Assembly: GCA_947499505.1 (NCBI GenBank)
Contig: CANMOQ010000001.1
Coordinates: forward strand, 42,037-106,036
Source of the DNA: an uncultured Erythrobacter sp.
GTDB lineage: Bacteria; Pseudomonadota; Alphaproteobacteria; Sphingomonadales; Sphingomonadaceae
Length of the DNA: 64,000 nt
Direction: 5' to 3'
Part shown: piece by piece, positions 33,635 through 43,210 of the stretch
Position numbering within the stretch: position 1 is the first letter of the stretch
Layout of the letters: each line of letters opens with the position of its first letter
The notes under the pieces: generated by a model
What the model saw: only the letters and a program-made list of their open reading frames with translations
Database searches by the model: none
Told to the model about the DNA's origin: nothing
Program-made: the position numbers and the translations under genes

Positions 33635-35790
33635 GCTCAGCGGCGATCCCCATTGATTTGCCGGAGATACCAAAGCCGCCTCCGCTGCCCGCCTTGAGGC
33701 AGGAATTGCGGATCGAACCGGGCGCGCCGCTGGTCAATGGAGCGCCCAGTTGGAACCTGTTTGACCCGGTCCGCCACGCGTTCTTTCAGCTGGGTCAGAT
33801 CGAGTTTGTGATCTTCTCGCATTGGGCGAGCGGCAATCTGGCGAGGATTGGTGATGATCTGGAACAGCGCGGCCTCACCAGCGACGAATCCAATGATGCG
33901 TTCAATGCCGTCGTAGAATTCGCCGCGACCAATGGCCTTACGGTTGGCCCAGTGGGGCGGGACAGTGTCTCTGCCTTTATGGAGCAGCGCGCCAGCAACA
34001 AAAAAGCGGCGTGGAAGTGGTTGCTCGACAATTATCTCTTTATTCGCATTCCCTTGGTGAAGCCTGCGCGCTTTCTGGAGCGCACGATTGAGCACGTCCG
34101 TCCGCTGTGGTCGCTTTACAGCTTGGTGTTCTTCGCTGCGCTCGCGCTCACCAGCCTGTTTCTGGTTTCGCGCCAGTGGGATGCCTTCATGGCGGCGTTT
34201 CTCTATTTCTTCAGCTGGCAGGGCCTGATCGCTTACGGCGCAGGCTTGTTTTTTGTGAAGATCCTGCACGAACTCGGGCACGCCTACACCGCCACCCGCT
34301 ATGGCTGCCGCGTGCCGACCATGGGGGTCAGCTTTCTGGTTATGATGCCGGTGCTCTACACCGATACGACTGCGGCCTGGCGGCTGACATCGCGCAAGAA
34401 ACGCCTGGCGATTGACTGCGCGGGCGTGGCGGCGGAGCTGATGGTCGCCAGCATTGCGACGATGCTGTGGGTGATCCTGCCCGATGGCACCGCGCGCAGC
34501 GTCGCCTTTATCCTGGCGACGACCAGCTGGATCATGAGCCTCGCGATCAATCTCAATCCGTTCATGCGCTTCGATGGCTATTACGTGCTGTCGGACTTTC
34601 TCAACGTGCCCAATTTACAGCCGCGCGCCTTTGCTCTGGGCAAGTGGAAGATGCGCGAAATCCTGTTCGGGCTGGGTGTCGATGCCCCGGAAGAAGTGCC
34701 GCGCAAGCTGCGGCGCGGGATGATCATCTATGCCTATGCGACCTGGATTTACCGCCTGTTCCTGTTCACCGGGATTGCGATCCTGGTCTATAATCTGTTT
34801 TTCCAACCGCTCGGCCTGATCCTGGCGATTGTGGAGCTGGCGGTGTTTATCGGCCGTCCGGTTTTTGCCGAAATGCGCGAGTGGGCTGGTCTGCGCAAAT
34901 CGATCACGAGCACCCGCCGGGGCAAGGCGTGGTTTTGGATATTGGGAGGGTTGCTGCTGGCTGCGTTCCTGCCGCTCGACCGGCATGTGACCGGCTATGC
35001 CGTCCTGACGCCGGTTGGCGCTGCGCCGATTGTCTCTGGAGAGCCCGCGCGCGTGGTCAAAGTGATTGCGCAGAATGGCCAGACGGTCACCGCAGGTGAT
35101 CCGATCATAGAGCTCGATGCGCCGGAACTGGCAGCCGACGCCGCCTCTACCAAAGTGCGGATCGCTCAGCTTGAGCTCCAAATGGGCCGCTCTATGGCCG
35201 ACAGCCGGGACCGCTCCAACCGCGCTGTTCTGGAGCGAGAGCTGGCGCGGGAGCGCGGCAAGCTGGCTGGACTGGAACGACGCGCTGACAAGCTGATCCT
35301 GCGCGCGCCGGGGCCGGGCACGGTCTCCGGCCTGATGCCCGATATGCATCCCGGACGCTGGATAGGCGGCGAAGAAGTGATCGCCCATGTTGTCACGCCG
35401 AGCGATTATGACGTTCAGGCCTATGTGCCAGAGGACGAGATTTGGCGCCTCAGCGATGGCGCGCTGGGCACATTTGTCGCTGCCGACGCGGGCGGGCCGT
35501 CCCGCTCTGCCAAGCTGGTGGAGATGTCGTCCAGCGCGATTGCGAGGCTAGAGCAGCCCATCCTCGCCTCCACCAATGGTGGGCCCATTGCTGTCGATAA
35601 AGACGGTGAGGAGCTGGCCCCGCGAGAGGCGCTGTACCGCATTCGGATGATCGCCGAAAAAGGCGCGCTCAGCGGCGCAGATTATCAGATCCAGCTGGTG
35701 CCGGGATCAGTTCAAATCCGCACCGAAGGGCGCTCTTTTGCGGAGTGGGCGGCGACCGAGCTGGCGCGCATGTTCCGCCGCATTTTCTGA
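33631..35790 (+). CDS. Site-2-protease (peptidase M50) membrane metalloprotease fused to a C-terminal HlyD-type membrane-fusion domain
   Basis: ATGA overlap with the upstream gene. HELGH at 34267-34281 within a TM region. Second S2P motif NLNPFMRFDG at 34549-34578. C-terminal lipoyl/coiled-coil region (PIVSGEPARVVKVIAQNGQTVTAGDPIIELDAPEL...IAQLELQM...). About 170 N-terminal residues of unknown fold. Confidence 0.8.
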   Translation: MSSAAIPIDLPEIPKPPPLPALRQELRIEPGAPLVNGAPSWNLFDPVRHAFFQLGQIEFVIFSHWASGNLARIGDDLEQRGLTSDESNDAFNAVVEFAATNGLTVGPVGRDSVSAFMEQRASNKKAAWKWLLDNYLFIRIPLVKPARFLERTIEHVRPLWSLYSLVFFAALALTSLFLVSRQWDAFMAAFLYFFSWQGLIAYGAGLFFVKILHELGHAYTATRYGCRVPTMGVSFLVMMPVLYTDTTAAWRLTSRKKRLAIDCAGVAAELMVASIATMLWVILPDGTARSVAFILATTSWIMSLAINLNPFMRFDGYYVLSDFLNVPNLQPRAFALGKWKMREILFGLGVDAPEEVPRKLRRGMIIYAYATWIYRLFLFTGIAILVYNLFFQPLGLILAIVELAVFIGRPVFAEMREWAGLRKSITSTRRGKAWFWILGGLLLAAFLPLDRHVTGYAVLTPVGAAPIVSGEPARVVKVIAQNGQTVTAGDPIIELDAPELAADAASTKVRIAQLELQMGRSMADSRDRSNRAVLERELARERGKLAGLERRADKLILRAPGPGTVSGLMPDMHPGRWIGGEEVIAHVVTPSDYDVQAYVPEDEIWRLSDGALGTFVAADAGGPSRSAKLVEMSSSAIARLEQPILASTNGGPIAVDKDGEELAPREALYRIRMIAEKGALSGADYQIQLVPGSVQIRTEGRSFAEWAATELARMFRRIF

Positions 35791-35874
35791 ACCTAGGCCG
35801 CGAGTTGGTCTGCACCCGCGGCTTTGCTGGTGAGTTCGAGCGCCTTTGCGGCCAATTCTTCGACACCGAGATAA

Positions 35875-36797
<923 letters not shown>

Positions 36798-36818
36798 TTG
36801 GTTGGAAAGGAGCCGGCC

Positions 36819-37190
36819 ATGAGCCGAAACATTCGCATACTTACAGTAGATGACAGCCCCAGCATGCGCGCCTTGCTGCGCCATTCTCTGACCGAACAGG
36901 GGGTTGAGGTGGAACAGGCCGAAGATGGCGAGATTGCACTGTCGTGGCTGGCCTCGAACGAGGTCGATTTGGTGATCACTGATATCAACATGCCGAACCT
37001 CGATGGATTTGGCCTGATTGAGGAGTTGCGCGCCAGCGCCCGCCATGCGGAGCGGCCCATTCTGGTGCTCAGCACTGAAAGCTCAGCGGAAAAGAAGCAG
37101 CGGGCCCGCAATGCCGGGGCGACCGGTTGGATCGTAAAACCATTCGACGCGGAAAAGCTGGCTGTTGCCGTGCGCCGCGTGATCCATTGA
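36819..37190 (+). CDS. cheY: CheY-like single-domain response regulator
   Basis: ATG 36819 after GGAAAGGAG. Receiver residues in LTVDDS, DLVITDINMPNLDG, LSTES and VKPF. Confidence 0.88.
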   Translation: MSRNIRILTVDDSPSMRALLRHSLTEQGVEVEQAEDGEIALSWLASNEVDLVITDINMPNLDGFGLIEELRASARHAERPILVLSTESSAEKKQRARNAGATGWIVKPFDAEKLAVAVRRVIH

Positions 37191-37211
37191 GCGAAGGGAA
37201 AGAGAGAAACG

Positions 37212-37652
37212 ATGCAACGCGAACTCATTACACTTGAAGTCGCAGGCCAATTGTTTGGTCTCGACATTATGGCGATCCTGGAAATCCGCGCGTGGTCGCC
37301 GGTTACTCTGCTGCCGCAGGTGCCGGACTATGTATCAGGCGTGGTGAATCTGCGCGGGACGGTGGTGCCGGTGCTGGACCTGTCCGTGCGGCTAGGCTGG
37401 GAGGCGACCGAGGCAACCTCTCGCAATCCGATCATCGTCAGCGATTGGGACGGGCAAGCGCGCGGCCTGATCGTCGACAGCGTGAATGACATCGTCTCAT
37501 TCGATGCCGACAGCCTGCAAAAGCCGGATGCGATCGCCAATGACAAGGTCGCTGGCTTTATCGAGGGGCTCGCGCCGATTGGCGACAATATGGTGATGAT
37601 CCTCAATCTTGCGAAACTGATGAACGATGAAGAGCTCTCGCTGGCGGCATGA
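37212..37652 (+). CDS. cheW: Chemotaxis coupling protein CheW
   Basis: 146 aa. CheW-like blocks LFGLDIMAILEIRAW and PDYVSGVVNLRGTVVPVLDLSVRLG. Confidence 0.85.
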   Translation: MQRELITLEVAGQLFGLDIMAILEIRAWSPVTLLPQVPDYVSGVVNLRGTVVPVLDLSVRLGWEATEATSRNPIIVSDWDGQARGLIVDSVNDIVSFDADSLQKPDAIANDKVAGFIEGLAPIGDNMVMILNLAKLMNDEELSLAA

Positions 37653-37927
37653 CAAAACAAGTTATCCCCTCAGAGCTGCTCGGAAATATCTCGGGCGAGC
37701 TCATTCAGCTGGCCGAGATTGTCGAAGGCCTCGGCGAGGCATTGTGCGGTGATGAGCAGGTGCTCTCCAAGCATCTATCGCAATTGCAATCGGTCGATCT
37801 GGTGTCGCAGTCGCTGCGCTGTCAGGCGGGCCTGCTGGCGTCGGATAATGCCATTGCCGATATCGAAAAGGTCAGCCTGCAGGATTTGCAGGACCGTTTA
37901 TCCAAAGGACTTGAGTGCCTGAGATAG
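37649..37927 (+). CDS. Hypothetical 92-aa protein translationally coupled to cheW
   Basis: ATGA overlap with the cheW stop. GC3-rich codon usage like its neighbours. I recognise no family. Confidence 0.55.
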   Translation: MTKQVIPSELLGNISGELIQLAEIVEGLGEALCGDEQVLSKHLSQLQSVDLVSQSLRCQAGLLASDNAIADIEKVSLQDLQDRLSKGLECLR

Positions 37928-37972
37928 CGCGCATTCTTTGACATCGGCGGGCGGGCGCGCAAATGGGCAGGG

Positions 37973-39133
37973 ATGACTGCGCGCGCGCCTTTTGAGATTC
38001 TGCTGATCGGCGGTGGACATGCGCATCTTGCGGTGCTGGCGGACTGGATCCGTAACGGCTTGCCAGCGGGGCGCGCGGCGGTGCTCACTCCCTCGCGGTT
38101 CTTGCGATATTCCGGCACCGTGCCCGGCTGGATCGCTGGCGAATATGCGCCAGAGGATGGGCTGGTCGATGTCGAGGCTTTGGCAAAGCGGGCAGGCGCT
38201 GAATTCATAACTGACCGCTGCATAGCAATCGATCCAGCGGTGCGCTCCGTAATGACGCAGAACAGCGGGCTGATCGCCTTTGAGATATGCTCAATCGATA
38301 CCGGCGGGGTTGGCAGGGCCGCGCGCGTCCTTGGCGATGATCCGCGCATTGCCGATGTCCGACCGATCGATGCCTTTGCTGAGCGGGTGCGCGAATGGAG
38401 CCAAACGAGTGAGGCTCGGCGCGTCGCCGTAATCGGCGGCGGTGCTGGCGGGACCGAGCTTGCCTTTGGCCTGTGCAATAGGCGCGGTGGCAACTCGAAA
38501 CCCGAAGTCACATTGTTCACCGGTTCAGACGGACTGCTGCCGGGCTTCGGCGCGAGAGCGCGTAGCCTCGTTCAAGCCGAGCTCACCGCACAAGGGATCG
38601 ATGTCGCGACGGACAATGCCCGCATCGAAAACGGCCAATTGCTAGCCGGTTCGCATTCACTAGAGCCCGTGGATCTCATCATCGCCGCCATTGGCAGCGG
38701 TGCACCTGATTGGCCAGCAGCAGACGGATTAGCGACTGACACGCAAGGCTTCATCGCGGTCGATGCGCAGCAACGCAGCCTCTCCCACCCACACATCTTT
38801 GCCGCCGGAGACATCGCCAGCCGTCAAGACCGCCATGTCCCGCGATCCGGCGTCCATGCGGTCCACACCGGCCCCGTGCTCGCGGCCAACATTCGCGCTG
38901 CTGCAAACGGCCAGATGCCAAGTCGCACCTATCATCCGCGCCCGGCCAGCCTTTATTTGATCTCCACCGGCAATGGTTCGGCCATCGCCGCCTATGGAGG
39001 GCTCGCGGCGAAGGGCCGCTGGGCGGCAAAACTTAAACGCTGGATCGACAAACGCTGGCTCGCCTCCTACGCGAGGCTTTCGGATACAACTGAAGAGATT
39101 GGGCAACCATTTGGCCCATCCGCACGAAGATGA
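37973..39133 (+). CDS. FAD-dependent pyridine nucleotide-disulfide oxidoreductase family protein
   Basis: 386 aa. N-terminal ILLIGGGHAHL dinucleotide fold, second fold VAVIGGGAGGTELA, and IFAAGDIAS. Resembles the NDH-2/SQR-like group that is sometimes fused to SelD (from memory). Confidence 0.75.
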   Translation: MTARAPFEILLIGGGHAHLAVLADWIRNGLPAGRAAVLTPSRFLRYSGTVPGWIAGEYAPEDGLVDVEALAKRAGAEFITDRCIAIDPAVRSVMTQNSGLIAFEICSIDTGGVGRAARVLGDDPRIADVRPIDAFAERVREWSQTSEARRVAVIGGGAGGTELAFGLCNRRGGNSKPEVTLFTGSDGLLPGFGARARSLVQAELTAQGIDVATDNARIENGQLLAGSHSLEPVDLIIAAIGSGAPDWPAADGLATDTQGFIAVDAQQRSLSHPHIFAAGDIASRQDRHVPRSGVHAVHTGPVLAANIRAAANGQMPSRTYHPRPASLYLISTGNGSAIAAYGGLAAKGRWAAKLKRWIDKRWLASYARLSDTTEEIGQPFGPSARR

Positions 39134-39152
39134 GGTCAGGACAGATAATCGT

Positions 39153-41294
39153 ATGAAAAAGATCGTCATCATTGCCGCGCTTGCCGCTGTCGTTGCGGCA
39201 TACTTCTATTTTGATCTCGGCAGCTATCTCTCAATCGATGGGATTAAACAGGTCGCTGCCGATGCGGCTGAGATTTACGCGGAAAATCAATTCCTAGTCC
39301 TGGCGGTGTTCTTTCTAGCCTATGTCGCGGTTACAGCCGCGTCGCTGCCCGGCGCAGCGATCATGACGCTGGCGGCGGGTTTTCTGTTCGGGCTCGTCAC
39401 CGGCACAATCCTTGTCTCTTTCGCATCGACCATTGGCGCAACGCTGGCCTTCCTCGCCTCGCGCTATGTTCTGCGCGACAGCATAGAGAGCCGTTTTGGT
39501 GACCGGCTAAAAAGCATCAATGAAGGGCTGGAGCGCGACGGCGCGTTCTATCTCTTCACCATGCGGATGATCCCGGCGATCCCGTTTTTCGTAATCAATC
39601 TCGTGATGGGACTGACCCGGATAAAAACATGGACGTTTGCATGGGTCAGCCAGATCGGCATGCTGCTCGGCACGATAGTCTATGTAAATGCCGGCACCCA
39701 ATTGGCTCAGCTCGAAAGCGCTAGCGGAATCCTCTCGCCGCCCATTCTCGGTTCACTCGTCTTGCTCGCAATTGTCCCTTGGATTGCCAAGGGTGTCATC
39801 GGCGTGATCAAACGGCGCAAGGTCTATGCCGGTTTCACAAAGCCCAAATCCTTCGACCGCAATATGGTGGTGATTGGCGCGGGTTCAGCCGGGTTGGTCT
39901 CCGCGCTCATCGCCTCCACGGTGAAGGCCAAGGTGACCCTGGTGGAAGCAAACAAGATGGGCGGCGATTGCCTCAACACAGGCTGCGTGCCGTCAAAGGC
40001 GCTGATCAAGAGCGGTAAGGTCGCCGCGATGATCCGCAATGCCGACAAATATGGTCTTGCCGCTGCCGAACCGGTGGTGCCGTTTAAACAGACTATCGCC
40101 CGCGTCATGGGCGCGGTAAAAGCGATTGAGCCGCACGACAGTGTGGAGCGCTACACCGGCCTCGGCGTCGATGTGATCGAAGGCTATGCGAAGGTCATTG
40201 ATCCGTGGACGGTCGAGATCTCGCGCAATGATGGCGGCAAAGATCGCCTGATCACGCGCAGCATCGTGATCGCAGCGGGTGCAGAGCCGTTCGTCCCGCC
40301 ACTCGATGGACTGGAAGACAGCGGCTACCTCACCTCGGACACAATGTGGGATGCCTTTGCCGAAATGGATAAAGCGCCCGCGCGCGTCGCGGTGCTCGGT
40401 GGCGGACCGATTGGTTGCGAGATCAGCCAAGCCCTTGCGCGTCTCGGCTCGAGCGTCACCCAGATCGAGATGGCAGACCGGGTGCTGGGCCGCGAGGATG
40501 AAGAGGTCTCTGCACTGGCGCAGCAGTCGTTGGAGGAAGCGGGCGTTACTGTTTTGACCGATCATAAGGCGGTGCGCGCGGAAGGCGGCGCGATTGTCGT
40601 CGAGCATGAAGGCGCAGAGAAATCGATTCCCTATGACGCGCTAATCATTGCCGTCGGGCGCAAGGCGCGCCTGACCGGATATGGTCTGGAGGATATCGGC
40701 GTCGACACCAGCCGCACGGTTGTGACCGACGAATTTCTCGCCACCAAATTCCCGAACATATACGCAGCGGGTGATGTTGCTGGCCCCTATCAATTCACCC
40801 ACACCGCCAGCCATCAGGCCTGGTTCGCCAGCGTCAATGCGCTGTTCGGCCAGTTCAAGCGGTTCAAGGCGGATTACCGCGTTATCCCGGCGGTGACTTT
40901 CCTCGATCCAGAGGTGGCCCGCGTTGGCCTCAACGAGATTGAGGCGAAAGAGCAGGGCGTCGCCTATGAGGTCACCCGCTATGATCTCGATGATCTCGAC
41001 CGTGCAATTGCCGAAAGCGAGACCAAGGGCTTCGTCAAAGTGCTGACGCCGCCGGGCGGCAAGGACACCATTCTGGGCGCGACCATTGTCGGCGCGCATG
41101 CGGGCGAATTGCTGGCCGAATATACTTTGGCGATGAAGCACAAGCTGGGCCTCAACAAGATCCTGGGCACGGTGCATCCCTATCCAACTATGGCTGAAGC
41201 GAACAAATTTGCCGCCGGCAATTGGAAGAAGACGCATAAGCCGGAAAAACTGCTCGCCTTTGTTGAGAAATATCACACCTGGCGGCGCGGTTGA
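39153..41294 (+). CDS. Fusion of a TVP38/DedA-type membrane domain and an FAD-dependent disulfide reductase (mercuric reductase / dihydrolipoamide dehydrogenase-like)
   Basis: The ORF track start 38973 would overlap the upstream gene. ATG 39153 (MKKIVIIAALAAVVAAYFYF) begins the hydrophobic DedA-like half. The second half has VVIGAGSAGL, the redox-active GGDCLNTGCVPSK and the dimerisation block HPYPTMAE. Confidence 0.85.
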   Translation: MKKIVIIAALAAVVAAYFYFDLGSYLSIDGIKQVAADAAEIYAENQFLVLAVFFLAYVAVTAASLPGAAIMTLAAGFLFGLVTGTILVSFASTIGATLAFLASRYVLRDSIESRFGDRLKSINEGLERDGAFYLFTMRMIPAIPFFVINLVMGLTRIKTWTFAWVSQIGMLLGTIVYVNAGTQLAQLESASGILSPPILGSLVLLAIVPWIAKGVIGVIKRRKVYAGFTKPKSFDRNMVVIGAGSAGLVSALIASTVKAKVTLVEANKMGGDCLNTGCVPSKALIKSGKVAAMIRNADKYGLAAAEPVVPFKQTIARVMGAVKAIEPHDSVERYTGLGVDVIEGYAKVIDPWTVEISRNDGGKDRLITRSIVIAAGAEPFVPPLDGLEDSGYLTSDTMWDAFAEMDKAPARVAVLGGGPIGCEISQALARLGSSVTQIEMADRVLGREDEEVSALAQQSLEEAGVTVLTDHKAVRAEGGAIVVEHEGAEKSIPYDALIIAVGRKARLTGYGLEDIGVDTSRTVVTDEFLATKFPNIYAAGDVAGPYQFTHTASHQAWFASVNALFGQFKRFKADYRVIPAVTFLDPEVARVGLNEIEAKEQGVAYEVTRYDLDDLDRAIAESETKGFVKVLTPPGGKDTILGATIVGAHAGELLAEYTLAMKHKLGLNKILGTVHPYPTMAEANKFAAGNWKKTHKPEKLLAFVEKYHTWRRG

Positions 41295-42592
41295 GCGGTT
41301 TGGAACTCTTCGATCAGTTTCGCGGGATCATCGGCCTTGGGCTGCTAGTGCTGATCGCATGGGGACTGTCTGAAAATCGCGGCGGTCGGCCCAGTTGGGC
41401 ATGGATCGCAGGGGCGCTGGTGATGCAGGGCGCGCTCGCGCTGATTATCGTGCGCGTGCCATTTGTCTGGTCGGTGATGGAATATGCCAATGCCGGGGTG
41501 GCCGCGATTGAGCGGGCGACGCTTGATGGCTCATCCTACATGTTCGGCTATCTCGGCGGTGCGCCGCTCCCCTTTGAGCTGAAAGAGGGCGTGAATGCGC
41601 CACTGATTGTGGCATTTCAAATCTTGCCGCTGGTGATTGTGCTGTCGGCCATTGCCGCCTTGCTGTGGCATTGGGGCGTGCTGCGCTGGCTGGTTGTCGG
41701 CCTGTCCTACATGCTGCGCCGTACGCTGAAGGTCAGCGGTGTCGTCGGGCTGGCGGGCGGCTCCAACATGTTCTTAGGCGTCGTGGAAAGCCCGCTCGTG
41801 ATCCGCGCCTATTTTGCGAAAATGAGCCGGGCAGAGCTGTTTCAGGTGATGGTGCTCGCCATGTCGACCATCAGCGGCGCGGTGCTGGTGCTGTACGCCA
41901 CCACCTTGTCATACACGGTGCCCAATGCAGTGGGCCATATGATTTCCGCCTCGCTGGTCTCGCTGCCTGCGGCCTTGCTGATCGCGAAATTGATGGTGCC
42001 GAGCACAGCGGATGCAGAAGGCGGCGAAGAGATCGCGACCGAGGTCGACCGCGAAGATCCGGGCCTCAAATACGAAGGCAGCATTGATGCCATTGTCAAA
42101 GGCACGATGGATGGGATGCAGCTGTTCCTGGCCGTGGTAGCGGTGATCATTGTCGTCTTTGCGCTGGTTTCTCTGACCGATCAGGCCCTTTCATTGTTGC
42201 CCTTGGTCGGCGGGGAGGCGCTCACACTGGGGCGCATTTTCGGCTGGCTGTTCTCTCCTCTGATGTGGGTGATCGGCGTGCCGTGGGATCAGGCACAGGA
42301 TGCGGGCGGATTGATGGGGACCAAGGCGATCCTCAACGAATATGTCGCCTTTCTGGAGCTGTCAGCCCTGCCAGAGGGCACATTTGATCCGCGCAGCCTG
42401 CTGATCGTGACCTATGCTCTGTGTGGTTTTGCGAACCTTGCCAGCATTGGCCTCTTGGTGTCGACCATTGGCACTCTGTGTCCGGAACGCCGGGCGGAGG
42501 CAGCGGGGCTGGGCATCAAGAGCTGGATCGCGGGCAATATCGCCACCGCTATGACGGGCGCGTGGATTGGCCTCGTGACGTTTGGGACGTAA
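41291..42592 (+). CDS. NupC/CNT-family nucleoside transporter
   Basis: 433 aa. TTG start overlapping the upstream stop (TTGA). N-terminus FRGIIGLGLLVLIAWGLSENR is typical of NupC-like proteins. Multi-pass membrane protein. Confidence 0.78.
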   Translation: MSGLELFDQFRGIIGLGLLVLIAWGLSENRGGRPSWAWIAGALVMQGALALIIVRVPFVWSVMEYANAGVAAIERATLDGSSYMFGYLGGAPLPFELKEGVNAPLIVAFQILPLVIVLSAIAALLWHWGVLRWLVVGLSYMLRRTLKVSGVVGLAGGSNMFLGVVESPLVIRAYFAKMSRAELFQVMVLAMSTISGAVLVLYATTLSYTVPNAVGHMISASLVSLPAALLIAKLMVPSTADAEGGEEIATEVDREDPGLKYEGSIDAIVKGTMDGMQLFLAVVAVIIVVFALVSLTDQALSLLPLVGGEALTLGRIFGWLFSPLMWVIGVPWDQAQDAGGLMGTKAILNEYVAFLELSALPEGTFDPRSLLIVTYALCGFANLASIGLLVSTIGTLCPERRAEAAGLGIKSWIAGNIATAMTGAWIGLVTFGT

Positions 42593-42604
42593 AGCCCAGA
42601 CACA

Positions 42605-43210
42605 ATGCTCGACGCTAAACTCCGCCCTCTAATTGATCCGCCGCTCAACCGCATGGGGGTCGCACTGGCGCGCCTTGGGGTGAGCGCGAATATGCTGACC
42701 TTTGGCGGCTTGGCCTTGGGATTGGCCGGGGCGGCGGCGATTGCCTTGGGCGAATTATGGTTGGGCCTCGCGCTGATCATCGCCAACCGCTTGGCTGACG
42801 GATTGGACGGGGCGGTGGCGCGCGCGACGCAGCCGAGCGATCTGGGCGGCTATTTCGATATTGTTGCCGATTTTGCCTTTTACGTCTCGATACCGCTCGG
42901 CTTTGGCGTGCTTGATCCGGCGAACACTTTGCCCGCTTTGGTGCTGGTCGCCGCGTTCGTTTTAACCGGCACCAGTTTCCTTGCCTTTGCGGTGATTGCA
43001 AGCGCGCGCGGCGAACAGACCGATGCTCACGGGAAAAAGAGCTTCTTTTACTCCACGGGCCTCGCTGAAGGCACTGAAACCATTGCAGTTTTTATCGCGA
43101 TGTGCGTGTTTCCGACATGGTTCGCCTTCATCGCATACGCGTATGCAGGTCTGTGCGTCCTAACCGTTGTTCAGCGCAGCGCTCTGGCCGCAATTCAGTT
43201 CAAGGATTGA
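42605..43210 (+). CDS. CDP-alcohol phosphatidyltransferase family protein
   Basis: 201 aa. Signature ADGLDGAVARATQPSDLGGYFDIVADF. Several TM segments. Confidence 0.8.
   Translation: MLDAKLRPLIDPPLNRMGVALARLGVSANMLTFGGLALGLAGAAAIALGELWLGLALIIANRLADGLDGAVARATQPSDLGGYFDIVADFAFYVSIPLGFGVLDPANTLPALVLVAAFVLTGTSFLAFAVIASARGEQTDAHGKKSFFYSTGLAEGTETIAVFIAMCVFPTWFAFIAYAYAGLCVLTVVQRSALAAIQFKD

Noticed and set aside
35796-35825. GC-only 6-bp stem (GCCGCG/CGCGGC) followed by TTTG after the cassette, considered as the operon terminator.
   Set aside because: The stem is short, the loop is 14 nt and the T-tract is only 3 nt. This is too weak to call, so read-through into the che remnant cannot be excluded.
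38973-39152. Upstream extension of the DedA-reductase ORF (track start 38973).
   Set aside because: It would overlap the preceding oxidoreductase gene by 160 nt in another frame. The hydrophobic DedA-like domain begins at the ATG at 39153.
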